Shown here: in pieces, positions 8,780-18,418 of the stretch
Layout: each line of letters starts with the position of its first letter
How positions within the stretch are numbered: position 1 is the stretch's first letter
NCBI GenBank assembly: GCA_035573895.1
Contig: DATLZR010000073.1
Location: 2,028 to 66,027, forward strand
DNA from: Blastocatellia bacterium
GTDB lineage: Bacteria > Acidobacteriota > Blastocatellia > HR10
Reading direction: 5' to 3'
DNA length: 64,000 nt
Notes under the pieces: generated by a model
Databases searched by the model: none
What the model was told of the DNA's origin: nothing
Seen by the model: only the letters and a program-made list of their open reading frames with translations
Position numbers and translations under genes: made by a program

Positions 8780-9364
8780 TCAGGAGCTTGAGGAAGGCTT
8801 CTTCTTCCGCTCCTGCTTCTCCTTCTCGATCTGCTCTGCGAGCCGCTTCTCTCCCTCGCTGGCATCGGCATGAGCCAGCCGGGCGGCTTCCAGAGCCCGC
8901 GCAAGCGCCGCTTTCTCTTCGTCCGATGTCAGTGTTCGCTCGAGGGCGGTTAATCGAGCCAGATGGCGCTCGGTTGCCTCACGGAATGCCTTTAATGCCT
9001 TGTAAAGAAGTTCCGTCTCCGCCTCGCGCGAGTGCGCATCTTCGATGTTGATGATCGTCTCATCAACCGCTTTGACGTAATGATTGAGCAGGGTTGCTGG
9101 GGACGCCTTCGGCAACGGGCCCCATTCCTCCTCTTCTTTCTTGGACTGTTGCGCCGAGCGATTCTCCAGAAGCAGCAGCCGTCGCTCGGCAATCTTCATC
9201 AAAACCTTGACCCGGAGGTCTATCTCCTGAGCTTCCTTGAGCTGATTGATTTCCTTGGGCGTCAGGTACTCGTCCGACTCCTGAGCACCACCCGGATAGG
9301 GACACGTCGTGACCAGGGCGATCGCCAAGCCAAAGCCGACGATATAAGATCGCCTTTTCTTCAT
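8780..9364 (-). CDS. Hypothetical secreted coiled-coil protein
   Basis: The start is set at MKKRRSYIVGFGLAIALVTTC (ATG 9362-9364), which gives a signal peptide. The longer ORF-track start would overlap pssA. The remainder is charged and helical with a Lys/Ser-rich tail. Confidence 0.6.
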   Translation of the reverse strand: MKKRRSYIVGFGLAIALVTTCPYPGGAQESDEYLTPKEINQLKEAQEIDLRVKVLMKIAERRLLLLENRSAQQSKKEEEEWGPLPKASPATLLNHYVKAVDETIINIEDAHSREAETELLYKALKAFREATERHLARLTALERTLTSDEEKAALARALEAARLAHADASEGEKRLAEQIEKEKQERKKKPSSSS

Positions 9365-9515
9365 TGGACATCCTCCGCCGGAATTGTAGCGCAACAATGG
9401 TTCGCGGTTTCCCCGCGGCACGGGCTTTCCCGCCTGCGCTTTCTTCGTCTTCGGAGCCCCGAAGGTCTGCGCTCCCGGTGGAAAAGTTTCGCTACTGGAT
9501 CTCCGCCCTCGCCCG

Positions 9516-10418
9516 CTATTTCGTAACCGGTTCAATAGTGGGTGCTTCGGCTTTCCCGAACCGCAAGAAGTTGTAGCCCCGGAGCGCGAGGCCATGCGTG
9601 GCGTAACTCACGGCCAGAATGAGCAAGACCCACCGCGAGTAAAAGTAGATGCCCAATCCGAGCAATACGAGAAAGAGATAGGACCACCGAGCGCTTATTG
9701 CTCCAGAGCCAAGATCTTTGAAACTCCGATGGCGTATCGTACTGATCATGAGGAGACTCAGTCCGCAGACGAGCGCTAGAAAGAGACTGCTCACGATCGG
9801 AATTCCAATGACAACGGTTTCTCCGAGCACCGTCAAATGGAGGCTGTCGCGTACAAAGAGAGGCATCGGACTGAAGTGGACAATGGCCGCGATGAGTCCG
9901 GCGGCAGCGGGAATGGGCAATCCGACGAACTGACGACGCTCCTTTTTCGACGGGGTTGCCATTCGTCGCGCGTGCACGTTGAAACGCGCCAGCCGAAAAG
10001 CCCCACAGGCGAGATAGAGAAATGAGGCCGCCCAGGCGATTTTGGAAAACTCCGGGCCGTATCCTTCGGGGACAGAACCGTAACCCCACGTATAAGCGAG
10101 AACCGCCGCCGCAATCCCGAACGATAATACGTCAGCGAGACTATCAAGCTCAATGCCGAAATCGCTCGTCGTGCGCGTCATTCGCGCGATGCTTCCATCG
10201 AGACTGTCAAAGAGGACGGCAAATCCGATGGCCTTGGCAGCATTATCGAACAGGCGCGCGGCTTCGGCTACGTCGGTGGGTAACACCTGATAGCCTTTCA
10301 TTGCGGCGATTATGGCATAAAAGCCACAGAAGATATTCGCTGTCGTGAAAACGCTCGGCAGGGCATAGGCGCTGCGCCTTCGAGGGGGTGAGCTCGGTCC
10401 GTGGTCCTGGCGGCTCAT
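9516..10418 (-). CDS. pssA: CDP-diacylglycerol--serine O-phosphatidyltransferase
   Basis: The CDP-alcohol phosphatidyltransferase motif DSLDGSIARMTRTTSDFGIELDSLADVLSFG is present. The protein is multi-TM and overlaps psd by 4 nt. Confidence 0.9.
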   Translation of the reverse strand: MSRQDHGPSSPPRRRSAYALPSVFTTANIFCGFYAIIAAMKGYQVLPTDVAEAARLFDNAAKAIGFAVLFDSLDGSIARMTRTTSDFGIELDSLADVLSFGIAAAVLAYTWGYGSVPEGYGPEFSKIAWAASFLYLACGAFRLARFNVHARRMATPSKKERRQFVGLPIPAAAGLIAAIVHFSPMPLFVRDSLHLTVLGETVVIGIPIVSSLFLALVCGLSLLMISTIRHRSFKDLGSGAISARWSYLFLVLLGLGIYFYSRWVLLILAVSYATHGLALRGYNFLRFGKAEAPTIEPVTK

Positions 10419-11035
10419 GATTGAATCCTCGCAATAATGCTACTGCCCGCCCGCACGCGATCTCCCGGACGGACGACGATCTCCGTGTCGGGGGAAAGGA
10501 TGACATCGGCGCGGGAGCCGAATTTGATCAAACCGATTCGCTCTCCCTTTTGCACCGTTTCGCCGACGCGCTTCCAGCAGACTATCCGACGAGCCAGAAT
10601 CCCGGCAATTTGTTTAACGATCACCTCCGTCTTCTCTCCCGAAATGGTGATCACCGTTTGTTCGTTCACGACCGACGCTTCGTCCTTCATTGCCGGTCGA
10701 AACGATCCCGGATGATGCTGAACATCAGTTATTCGCCCGGCAATAGGCGAGCGATTCACGTGAACGTCCAGCGGCGAGAGAAAGATCGAGAGGATTCGCC
10801 CCGCCCGGGGATTGGAGGGGTCCAGTGAGGCGATGCGCACGACTTTTCCGTCTGCCGGAGAAACAATCGCCGCCTCATCCGCTGGAATCGGTCGCTCAGG
10901 ATCGCGGAAAAACCAGGCAACGAAGCCAGTACCGAGGAGAAAAACGAGAGCAATCCAGGGAAAGTCCAGGGCGTAAAAAAGCGACGTCAGTCCCACCCCT
11001 GCCAGAAGCACCGGATAACCGTCCCGCGCAACCAT
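10415..11035 (-). CDS. psd: Phosphatidylserine decarboxylase proenzyme (short type)
   Basis: The 206-aa ORF has LSPLDVHVNRSPIAG and a G-S self-cleavage site in IKFGSRADVIL. It is adjacent to pssA. Confidence 0.9.
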   Translation of the reverse strand: MVARDGYPVLLAGVGLTSLFYALDFPWIALVFLLGTGFVAWFFRDPERPIPADEAAIVSPADGKVVRIASLDPSNPRAGRILSIFLSPLDVHVNRSPIAGRITDVQHHPGSFRPAMKDEASVVNEQTVITISGEKTEVIVKQIAGILARRIVCWKRVGETVQKGERIGLIKFGSRADVILSPDTEIVVRPGDRVRAGSSIIARIQS

Positions 11036-11140
11036 CGTATCAGTTCCTCTCCAAACAGAGATGCGAACTGCTGCCCCTCGGTCCCATGTCTCCCCATTCG
11101 GCCACGAGCCGTGGAACCTCTCCTCACGCCTGTGTCGGTT

Positions 11141-11377
11141 TTATCGAGCGGCCATCTGTCGCCTATAGCGATTGAGGATAGCCTCCATTTTATCTTTGAC
11201 CAGGAGCTTTTTCTTCTTCAACAGCGTCTCTTCCATCATTTCTTCCTGGGTGGGATAGGGTAGCGACGTCAGTTCTTGCAATCGTTTCTCATACTGCTGG
11301 TGCTCAAGCGCCAACTCTCGGAATTCAGGGTCTACCGCCATCAGATGTTCTTTGAGAGACGCAGAGCTATTCTCCAT
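11141..11377 (-). CDS. DUF465 (YdcH-like) small coiled-coil protein
   Basis: The 78-aa ORF has the family-like pattern HLMAVDPEFRELALEHQQYEKRLQEL...LKKKKLLVKDKM. Confidence 0.7.
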   Translation of the reverse strand: MENSSASLKEHLMAVDPEFRELALEHQQYEKRLQELTSLPYPTQEEMMEETLLKKKKLLVKDKMEAILNRYRRQMAAR

Positions 11378-11469
11378 TGCTCCCCTCCTCGCGGTGTGAT
11401 GTTTGACTTGACCAGGGCCATCACAGTTTCCGGCACAATCTTAATACAGCTCACCCGGTGACGCAAGCA

Positions 11470-11919
11470 CTATGTCAGCTCGAGGCGCATGATCAGGGCG
11501 TCTTCGACCGGGTCCGAGTAATAGTTCGGGCGTCGGTGCCAGACGGTGAAACCGAGAGCGCGATAGAATGCCCGGGCGGAGTAATTCGACGCGCGCACTT
11601 CGAGGAAGCCACAAACAGCCCCGCGTGCACGGGCGCGAGCGATTCCCTCCCTTATGAGAGACGACCCAATGCCCTGGCGGCGGAACTCGGGATGCGTTGC
11701 CAGATTGTTGATGTGCCATTCATCCGCTACAACCAGCGAGCAGAGAAAGCCCAGCACCGTCGGCGTCCTCACGGGAGATTCGACCGGACGAGCGACGAGC
11801 AGGATTCGTCCCTCGGCGTCACCTCTGACGATCTCCTTGAGATAAGCCTCGTAGCCCCAGCGGCTGAGACCTGAAGTCTCTTCGATTTCCACGATCTCAT
11901 CGAGATCGTCAAGCCGCAT
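11470..11919 (-). CDS. rimI: Ribosomal-protein-alanine N-acetyltransferase (GNAT)
   Basis: The GNAT acetyl-CoA motif RRQGIGSSLI is present and the gene lies directly after tsaB. The start is set at MRLDDLDEIVEIEE (ATG 11917-11919), which removes a 50-nt overlap with tsaB. Confidence 0.85.
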   Translation of the reverse strand: MRLDDLDEIVEIEETSGLSRWGYEAYLKEIVRGDAEGRILLVARPVESPVRTPTVLGFLCSLVVADEWHINNLATHPEFRRQGIGSSLIREGIARARARGAVCGFLEVRASNYSARAFYRALGFTVWHRRPNYYSDPVEDALIMRLELT

Positions 11920-11923
11920 GTCG

Positions 11924-12712
11924 TCAATCTGAAAGCAAAGAGGACGATTGTTGGATTCGTCGAGCCTCAGCATCTGCCGGCCTCAAGTAAAAGGGACGAA
12001 GTTCGTCTACTCCTGCCGCCGCCCCGCGACGCCACTTCTGGTAGGCCAGAGCGGCGACCGAGGGAGCGAGCCAGGGAGTGACCAGAGCCGCCACCCATCC
12101 CGTTACCGGGTGAGGAATATGGGTGCAGGGATGAAGCGGAAACCCTTCCGCTGCCTGGAGAAGGATCGGAACCCCGTTGCCCACAAAGACGATGTCCCGC
12201 TCGGTGAGCGACTGCAGCAAGACATCGGCGCGAAGGACGTCCGGCTCACCAAGACTCTGAATGTCGCCTTCCGGTGAGACAGAAAAAAGTTGGGCGTAGA
12301 CCTCCCCTCGCAGGGCGTTGATTGAACAACAGATCGTGCCACTCAGGTGAGTGGCATGAGCGAGCGCTTCAAGCGTTGTCACGGTCACGACTTCTCGCCC
12401 CAGCGCATGAGCGAATCCTTTGACCGTTGCCAGTCCCACTCGAACTCCGGTGAAAGAGCCAGGTCCGCAGGCGACGGCGAAAAGAGTAACATCTTCGATC
12501 GTTGCACCAATCCGTTTGAGGAGATAATCAATGTCGTTGAGTACCACGCGAGAATGGCTCGCCGGAGAAGTGGAACCGAGCCAGGATAGCGTCATGGTCC
12601 CCTGACTCAGAGCAACGCTTCCCCGATCGGTGGTTGTATCAAGCGCCAAGATAAGAGGCTCACGCTGCGCTCCTGTGCGAAAACTCGTTTCCGGATGGCG
12701 TGTTTGACACAT
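11924..12712 (-). CDS. tsaB: tRNA t6A37 threonylcarbamoyl-transfer protein TsaB
   Basis: LILALDTTTDRGSVAL and GPGSFTGVRVGLATVKG are present. The true start is probably downstream of 12712. Confidence 0.85.
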   Translation of the reverse strand: MCQTRHPETSFRTGAQREPLILALDTTTDRGSVALSQGTMTLSWLGSTSPASHSRVVLNDIDYLLKRIGATIEDVTLFAVACGPGSFTGVRVGLATVKGFAHALGREVVTVTTLEALAHATHLSGTICCSINALRGEVYAQLFSVSPEGDIQSLGEPDVLRADVLLQSLTERDIVFVGNGVPILLQAAEGFPLHPCTHIPHPVTGWVAALVTPWLAPSVAALAYQKWRRGAAAGVDELRPFYLRPADAEARRIQQSSSLLSD

Positions 12713-12731
12713 GTAACGGGCAAATTATATA
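12704..12731 (+). promoter_or_regulatory. Candidate sigma70-type promoter reading toward mutS
   Basis: TTGACA (12704-12709), a 16-nt spacer, then TATATA (12726-12731). The site is about 150 nt upstream of the mutS ATG. Confidence 0.35.
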
Positions 12732-12879
12732 TTTCACCGGTCACGCCGAGCAACGTTATCACATGCTGGCGTTCCGACGAGGGGGCGTCACGATTCGCCA
12801 TGCCGGCTGACAAGCTGATATCAGCGCAATTCCAGAATTTCAGTGGATCGCTCGGGAACGACCCGATCCGGAGAGGGAC

Positions 12880-15561
12880 ATGGAGATAAAGGGACCCACC
12901 AAGCTCACGCCGATGCTCAAGCAATATCACGAGACGAAGCGTCGCTATCCGGGGACGCTTCTTTTCTTCCGCCTCGGCGACTTTTACGAACTGTTCTACG
13001 AGGATGCCCTCATCGGATCGAAGGAGCTTGAAATCACACTCACAGCACGACACAAGGAACGAGGCGCTCCTGTCCCGATGTGCGGCGTTCCTCATCATGC
13101 CCTCAATGCCTACGTGGCCAAGCTCATTCGCAAGGGCTATCGCGTGGCCATCTGCGATCAGGTCGAGGAGCCGACGGGCCGTAGCAAACTGGTGAAACGC
13201 GAGGTCGTACGAATTGTCACGCCGGGAACAGCGATTGAGAGCCAGCTTCTGGAGGCGAGCGATCATAATTATCTGTCGGCCATCGCCGGAAATCTGACCG
13301 AAATGGGAGCGGCTTTTCTCGACCTCTCCACGGGGGATTTTCAGGTCACCGAATTCAGCGGTGAAGATGCCTGGGAACGCATCGTCGAACAGCTCGACGC
13401 CTTTGGGGTCCGAGAAATCCTCTATCCAAAGTCACTCGAAGACTTCTTGAACGCACGCGTCTCCGGCCCGGCGTCGGATGAGCCGTCGGGAGCCACGGTA
13501 GACCAGTTCCGACGGGAAGCGGTCGTCCTTCAGCGAGCCACGCGAACGCCGCTCGACGACTGGGCCTTCGATGAGGATTACGCCGCAACTCTCCTGGTTG
13601 ATCATCTGGGCGTAGCAACGCTCGATGGGTTTGGACTCACGGGCCATACGCAGGCCATTCGCGCAGCGGGAGCGGCCCTTCATTACGCGCGCGAGACGCA
13701 ACAGGCGCAGGCCTCGCACATCACGGAGATTTCTTTCTTTCAGCCATCCGACTACATGATCCTCGATCCCTCCACCGTTCGCCACCTTGAACTCGTCCAA
13801 CAGTTGGATGGAGGGAAGGACCACACTCTCTTTGCCGTCCTCAACGCTACAGAGACGGCCATGGGAGCCCGGTTGCTCAAACAGTGGATTCTTCGTCCCT
13901 CGGTGAACCTGGCGGAGCTGAACACGCGACTGGACGCTGTAGAGGACCTCAAAAATGCCCTCGTGCGGCGCGACCAACTTCGTCAGCACCTGAAGAGAGT
14001 CCAGGATGTGGAACGACTGCTGGCCCGCATCAACCTGGGGACGGCAACCGCGCGCGACCTGATCGGGCTCAAACAGAGCCTGTCCGCCGTTCCCCTCATC
14101 AAAGAGGTGCTGGCTGAGAGCAGCTCCTCCCTCCTTGAGGTTCTCCGAGAGAGCCTCGACGAACTGAACGATGTCTGCGACCTGATCGGTCGGGCGATCT
14201 CCGATCACCCTCCAGCCTCCCTCGCTGAAGGGGGAACTATTCGTCCGGGATATTCGGCGGAGCTTGACGAACTGCGGGCGCTGGCGGGCGACAGTAAAGG
14301 TGCCATTGCGGCCATCGAACGACGCGAGCGGCAGCGAACGGGAATTTCTTCGCTCAAGGTTAAATTCACCTCCGTCTTCGGCTATTTCATTGAAGTGAGC
14401 AAGGCCAATCTTCATCTCGTCCCTCCCGATTACGAACGCAAGCAGACGCTCGTCGGGGCCGAGAGGTTCACCACGCCGGAACTCAAGGAGTACGAACGAA
14501 AGATATTGAGCGCGGAGCAGCGCATTGCCGAACTCGAAGCGGAACTCTTTCACGATGTTCGGCGTCAAGTGGCCGGCGCAACCCGACGCATCCAACAGAC
14601 GGCGCGGGCATTGGCTCAACTCGATGTCCTGACGGCCCTGGCTGAAACGGCTGCCCGGCGCAACTATTGTCGTCCCCTTCTCACCGAGGACGACGAGATT
14701 GTCATCAAGGACGGGCGGCACCCGGTCGTCGAGACACAGGTTGATCGTTTCGTCCCGAACGATCTCTTCATCAACAACACGACCGACCGACTCCTCATCG
14801 TGACCGGTCCGAACATGGGAGGCAAGAGCGTTTACCTGCGCCAGGCGGCGCTCATCTGTATCCTCGCCCAGATCGGATCGTTCGTTCCCGCCCGTGAGGC
14901 GCGACTCGGTCTGGTGGATCGGATCTTCACGCGCGTCGGAACATCAGATGATGTCGCCCGGGGCCGATCTACCTTCATGACCGAAATGATCGAGACGGCC
15001 AAAATTCTCCACACGGCCACGCCCCGCAGTCTCGTTCTTCTGGATGAGATCGGTCGCGGGACGGCAACTTTCGATGGTCTGTCGCTCGCCTGGGCCGTCG
15101 CTGAATATCTGCATAATAACGCGAACCACGCCGCCAAGACGCTCTATGCCACACACTATCATGAAATGACCGATCTGGAGAAGGTTCTCCCCGGCGTGCG
15201 TAATTACCAGGCGCTGGTTAAAGAAACGCAGGGCGGGATCGTCTTTCTCCATAAGATCGTTGAGGGGCGTGCGAACAAGTCCTATGGGATTGAGGTCGCC
15301 CGCCTCGCCGGACTTCCGCAATCGGTGATCGCGCGTGCACGAGAGATTCTGGCCAATCTCGAAGCCAACGAGCTGGATCCGATGGGGCGCCCCAAACTCG
15401 CCCGGCATTTGCCGAGCCGTGCCGATTGGAAAGAGCAACCCACCCTCTTTGATTCCACCCATCAGCAGATCATCGAAGAACTCCGCCAGATTGATCTCGA
15501 CCGGTTAACACCGGAGGAGGCTAAGGAAGTCCTCGCTGCGCTCAAACGAAAACTCATCTAG
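12880..15561 (+). CDS. mutS: DNA mismatch repair protein MutS
   Basis: The 893-aa ORF has the N-terminal mismatch-binding region MLKQYHETKRRYPGTLLFFRLGDFYELF, Walker A GPNMGGKSVYLRQ, and LLDEIGRGTATFDG. Confidence 0.95.
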   Translation: MEIKGPTKLTPMLKQYHETKRRYPGTLLFFRLGDFYELFYEDALIGSKELEITLTARHKERGAPVPMCGVPHHALNAYVAKLIRKGYRVAICDQVEEPTGRSKLVKREVVRIVTPGTAIESQLLEASDHNYLSAIAGNLTEMGAAFLDLSTGDFQVTEFSGEDAWERIVEQLDAFGVREILYPKSLEDFLNARVSGPASDEPSGATVDQFRREAVVLQRATRTPLDDWAFDEDYAATLLVDHLGVATLDGFGLTGHTQAIRAAGAALHYARETQQAQASHITEISFFQPSDYMILDPSTVRHLELVQQLDGGKDHTLFAVLNATETAMGARLLKQWILRPSVNLAELNTRLDAVEDLKNALVRRDQLRQHLKRVQDVERLLARINLGTATARDLIGLKQSLSAVPLIKEVLAESSSSLLEVLRESLDELNDVCDLIGRAISDHPPASLAEGGTIRPGYSAELDELRALAGDSKGAIAAIERRERQRTGISSLKVKFTSVFGYFIEVSKANLHLVPPDYERKQTLVGAERFTTPELKEYERKILSAEQRIAELEAELFHDVRRQVAGATRRIQQTARALAQLDVLTALAETAARRNYCRPLLTEDDEIVIKDGRHPVVETQVDRFVPNDLFINNTTDRLLIVTGPNMGGKSVYLRQAALICILAQIGSFVPAREARLGLVDRIFTRVGTSDDVARGRSTFMTEMIETAKILHTATPRSLVLLDEIGRGTATFDGLSLAWAVAEYLHNNANHAAKTLYATHYHEMTDLEKVLPGVRNYQALVKETQGGIVFLHKIVEGRANKSYGIEVARLAGLPQSVIARAREILANLEANELDPMGRPKLARHLPSRADWKEQPTLFDSTHQQIIEELRQIDLDRLTPEEAKEVLAALKRKLI

Positions 15562-15691
15562 AGACTCTCGGCTGGGCGCCATCCGCCATTCCGGGAATTT
15601 TTCCCGTCATTCACCTGCGCTTTCCACGACCGGATGGATTATAATGGCAGCCGCAAAATGCCAGACACATTTACAATTAAGGAGGCACTCC

Positions 15692-16078
15692 GTGCGACAA
15701 ACACGAACTCTGCTCAGCATTACGATCGTGATTTTGCTCATTCCCGGTTTGCTCGCCGCACAGGAAAAGACGCCTGATGTCACAGGAACCTGGGAGCTGA
15801 CTGTAGAAACGCCTCAGGGGACGGGCAATCCAACAATCGTCCTCAAACAAGAGGGCGAAAAGCTCACTGGCGTTTACAAGGGTCGCTTCGGCGAAGTCAA
15901 TCTTCAGGGATCCCTCAAAGGCAACGACATCACCTTCTCCATCACGGTGAACGCGCAAGGAACTGAGCTGACGATCACCTATAAGGGGACCGTTGAAACC
16001 GATTCCATGAAAGGAACGGTTGATTTCGGTGGCTTCGGCGAGGGGACCTGGACCGGGAAGAGAAAGAAAGAGGGGTAA
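15692..16078 (+). CDS. Hypothetical exported beta-rich protein
   Basis: GTG at 15692 is preceded by AAGGAGG at 6-nt spacing. The signal peptide is (M)RQTRTLLSITIVILLIPGLLAAQE. Confidence 0.6.
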   Translation: MRQTRTLLSITIVILLIPGLLAAQEKTPDVTGTWELTVETPQGTGNPTIVLKQEGEKLTGVYKGRFGEVNLQGSLKGNDITFSITVNAQGTELTITYKGTVETDSMKGTVDFGGFGEGTWTGKRKKEG

Positions 16079-16219
16079 CGGTTAGGGCCCTCGGACCCTT
16101 CAGAAGACACGGAATCGGTCCGGGTCGGCGATTTGCCGCCGAAGCCGATATTTCCTCCTGCGCAGTCAGGAGACATTGCTCTACCTTCTCGCTGAAAATT
16201 CCATCATGCCAGGGAATTC

Positions 16220-17089
16220 TCAGCGAGCGGTAGCACGACTGACGTGCGCGCGGACCATTTCCCGGAAGGCCTGCGAGAGGTCTCGATAAATCGGTCCAGG
16301 GACACCCGATCCGATAGGCGTGCCGTCTACCGCGATGACCGGCGCCACTTCGAGTGTCGTGCTCGTCAGCAGGACTTCCTGAGCCGCGATAACCTCAGGC
16401 GGACGGATGTCTCGCTCGACGACCGTATACCCTCGACCACGTGCGACTTCGATGAGGTGAGCGCGGGAAATGCCATGAAGGATTCTCTGATCAGCTACCG
16501 GAGTGATGAGGGCCGTCCCGTCATAGATGAAGAGATTACTGCTTGCGCCTTCGAGCACACAGCCGTCGCGGACAAACAACGCCTCGTAGGCTCCTGACCG
16601 GCGGGCCCGTTCTTTCGCCAGAACATGTGGCAGAAGGCAAATGGACTTCACATCCGAACGTCGCCATCGCTCGTCCGGCACAGTAATGACGGCAATTCCC
16701 TTCTCCCACACTTCGGGCGGAATTGTCCGGAGCCGCCGGATCGTCATGACCACTGTGGGCGTCGCATCAGAAGGGAAGAGATGCGCGCGGGGAGCAACAC
16801 CCCGCGTCACTTGAAGGTACAGCTCAGCGTCACCGAGCTGCGTCCGTTCAATCAGTTCGTATCCGACATCCCGGAGGGCATCCAGACTATACGGCAGCGT
16901 GAGTTCAATGGCGTCGGCGCTTCGTTGTAACCGCTGCAGATGATCTTCAAAGGCAAACGGCTTCCCCTGATAGACGCGAATAACCTCATAGATGCCATCG
17001 CCGAACTGGAAGCCTCGATCTTCGACCGACACTTTCGCGGAAGCGAAATCGAGAAACTCGCCGTTGAGCCAGACAAGTCCTTCTGTCAC
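16220..17089 (-). CDS. Class IV (fold type IV) aminotransferase, D-amino-acid / branched-chain type
   Basis: WLNGEFLDFASAKVSVEDRGFQFGDGIYEVIRVY is present. The start is set at GTG 17087-17089, preceded by GGAGGGAGGA, rather than the ORF-track start at 17113. Confidence 0.85.
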   Translation of the reverse strand: MTEGLVWLNGEFLDFASAKVSVEDRGFQFGDGIYEVIRVYQGKPFAFEDHLQRLQRSADAIELTLPYSLDALRDVGYELIERTQLGDAELYLQVTRGVAPRAHLFPSDATPTVVMTIRRLRTIPPEVWEKGIAVITVPDERWRRSDVKSICLLPHVLAKERARRSGAYEALFVRDGCVLEGASSNLFIYDGTALITPVADQRILHGISRAHLIEVARGRGYTVVERDIRPPEVIAAQEVLLTSTTLEVAPVIAVDGTPIGSGVPGPIYRDLSQAFREMVRAHVSRATAR

Positions 17090-17108
17090 GTTCCTCCCTC
17101 CAACAATG

Positions 17109-17166
17109 GCCACAGGTTTCCCAGATTCCTCGATTTCTCTCTTTGAAAATCGGCGAAACCTGTGGC
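17109..17166 (-). other. Extended RNA hairpin in the 5' leader of the aminotransferase gene
   Basis: A 12-bp perfect outer stem (GCCACAGGTTTC / GAAACCTGTGGC, 17109-17120 with 17155-17166) encloses a 6-bp inner stem CGATTT/AAATCG (17131-17136 with 17147-17152). It ends 19 nt upstream of the preferred start codon. Confidence 0.5.
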
Positions 17167-17398
17167 TTGCTATTTGTCGTCTCTTGCATCAGCAACATCA
17201 AAACTCCTCGTACTAGCGGTGAACTGACGCCTCAGCCTCGAATGATCATGAAAGGGCAGTCGTAATCCGCAAGCGGTCACAGTGTTCCCAACGTTCCGAG
17301 GTGTGGCGTCAGTTTCCTTCCCCCGCATGACCTGAACCATTGCTCCGAACCTGTGACACAAGCGTTCGAGTCCGGGCACTGTCGCAGGCGTGCGCGAC

Positions 17399-18394
17399 TT
17401 ACGGAGAATATTTCACCGGGAGATCCATGACCGTCCGGAGTCCGGGGCGGGCTGAAACGATGAGCGGGATGGTATTGACGACAACGGCGGCGGTGGCCAG
17501 GTCTCCGTGGGTTCCGCCGGGGATCTGCAGCGTGATGTTCGGACGCCCCGTGATGCGGATAGTGTCAGCCGCATCGCGAGCACCGACGGCCATTCGCAGA
17601 TCGAGGACAATCCGCTCCCGACCGTTGGAGACCCCCCGACACACCTGTTTGACGCCCGCGACGAATCCCTTTTTCACCTCCAGATATTGCGTCCGCATAT
17701 CTTCCTCGGCAAGGACGGGTTCGATGGTCTCCGTCAAATCATCCAGGTGAATCCCCAATCCATCGGCGATCATGGCGGCCGATTCAGGGAGACCGTGATG
17801 TTTAATGGTGCCGGAAGCGACGGCCCGGGAGAATTCGTCCGGCGTCATCCCGGCGCCGATTTTCTTTTGCAAAGGAAGTCGGCGTTCGGAAGCGTCAACG
17901 ACCCGGCTGACAAAAATGGAATCAACTTGCTGGCAGACGGTCGAAAGCGTCAGCACCAGTTTATCCATTACGAACCCGGGATTGACGCCCGTGCCAACGA
18001 CGGCAACGCCTCGCGCATGTGCCCGCGCATCCAGTTCGCGCGAGAGTTCCGGATATTTACGAAACGGATACGCCAGTTCCTCACAGGTCGAGATGACGTG
18101 CGAACCTGCTTCGATACAACTGTAAAGCTGATCGAGTACGGTGGTCAGGTATGAAGACGTAGAATGAATGACGACATCCGCGCGGTGACGGAGCACGTCG
18201 GCTGCTCGGTCGGACACCTGCACGCCGAGCGGCCGATCGAGCCCCACGACCTCGCTCACGTCGCGGCCCACTTTGGCCGGATCAATGTCTATGGCTCCAA
18301 CGATTTCGGCGGTCCCTTTTTCTACAACCAACCGAGCGATGGCTGCCCCGATGGGGCCGAGCCCATAGTGGATGAGGCGAAGTTTTGATGGCAT
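17399..18394 (-). CDS. DapB-like NAD(P)-binding amine dehydrogenase family protein (2,4-diaminopentanoate-dehydrogenase-like)
   Basis: The 331-aa ORF has an N-terminal Rossmann motif LIHYGLGPIGAAIARLVV. The family call is from overall resemblance only. Confidence 0.65.
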   Translation of the reverse strand: MPSKLRLIHYGLGPIGAAIARLVVEKGTAEIVGAIDIDPAKVGRDVSEVVGLDRPLGVQVSDRAADVLRHRADVVIHSTSSYLTTVLDQLYSCIEAGSHVISTCEELAYPFRKYPELSRELDARAHARGVAVVGTGVNPGFVMDKLVLTLSTVCQQVDSIFVSRVVDASERRLPLQKKIGAGMTPDEFSRAVASGTIKHHGLPESAAMIADGLGIHLDDLTETIEPVLAEEDMRTQYLEVKKGFVAGVKQVCRGVSNGRERIVLDLRMAVGARDAADTIRITGRPNITLQIPGGTHGDLATAAVVVNTIPLIVSARPGLRTVMDLPVKYSP

Positions 18395-18418
18395 CGTTTT
18401 AATCCTCCCGAAGAAGTG

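Noticed and set aside
12607-13266. 219-aa ORF on the minus strand spanning the tsaB-mutS divergent region.
   Set aside because: It overlaps both the tsaB 5' end (in another frame) and the mutS 5' end (antisense). It shows no recognisable motifs. The region is better explained by a promoter (TTGACA-N16-TATATA).
13432-14721. 429-aa ORF on the minus strand.
   Set aside because: It lies entirely antisense to the well-supported mutS gene. Its Arg/Gly/Pro-rich composition is typical of a wrong-strand frame in GC-rich DNA.
15585-15600. Hairpin CGGGAA-TTT-TTCCCG after mutS as an intrinsic terminator.
   Set aside because: It has only 6 bp with a 3-nt loop and no downstream T-tract, which is too weak to call.
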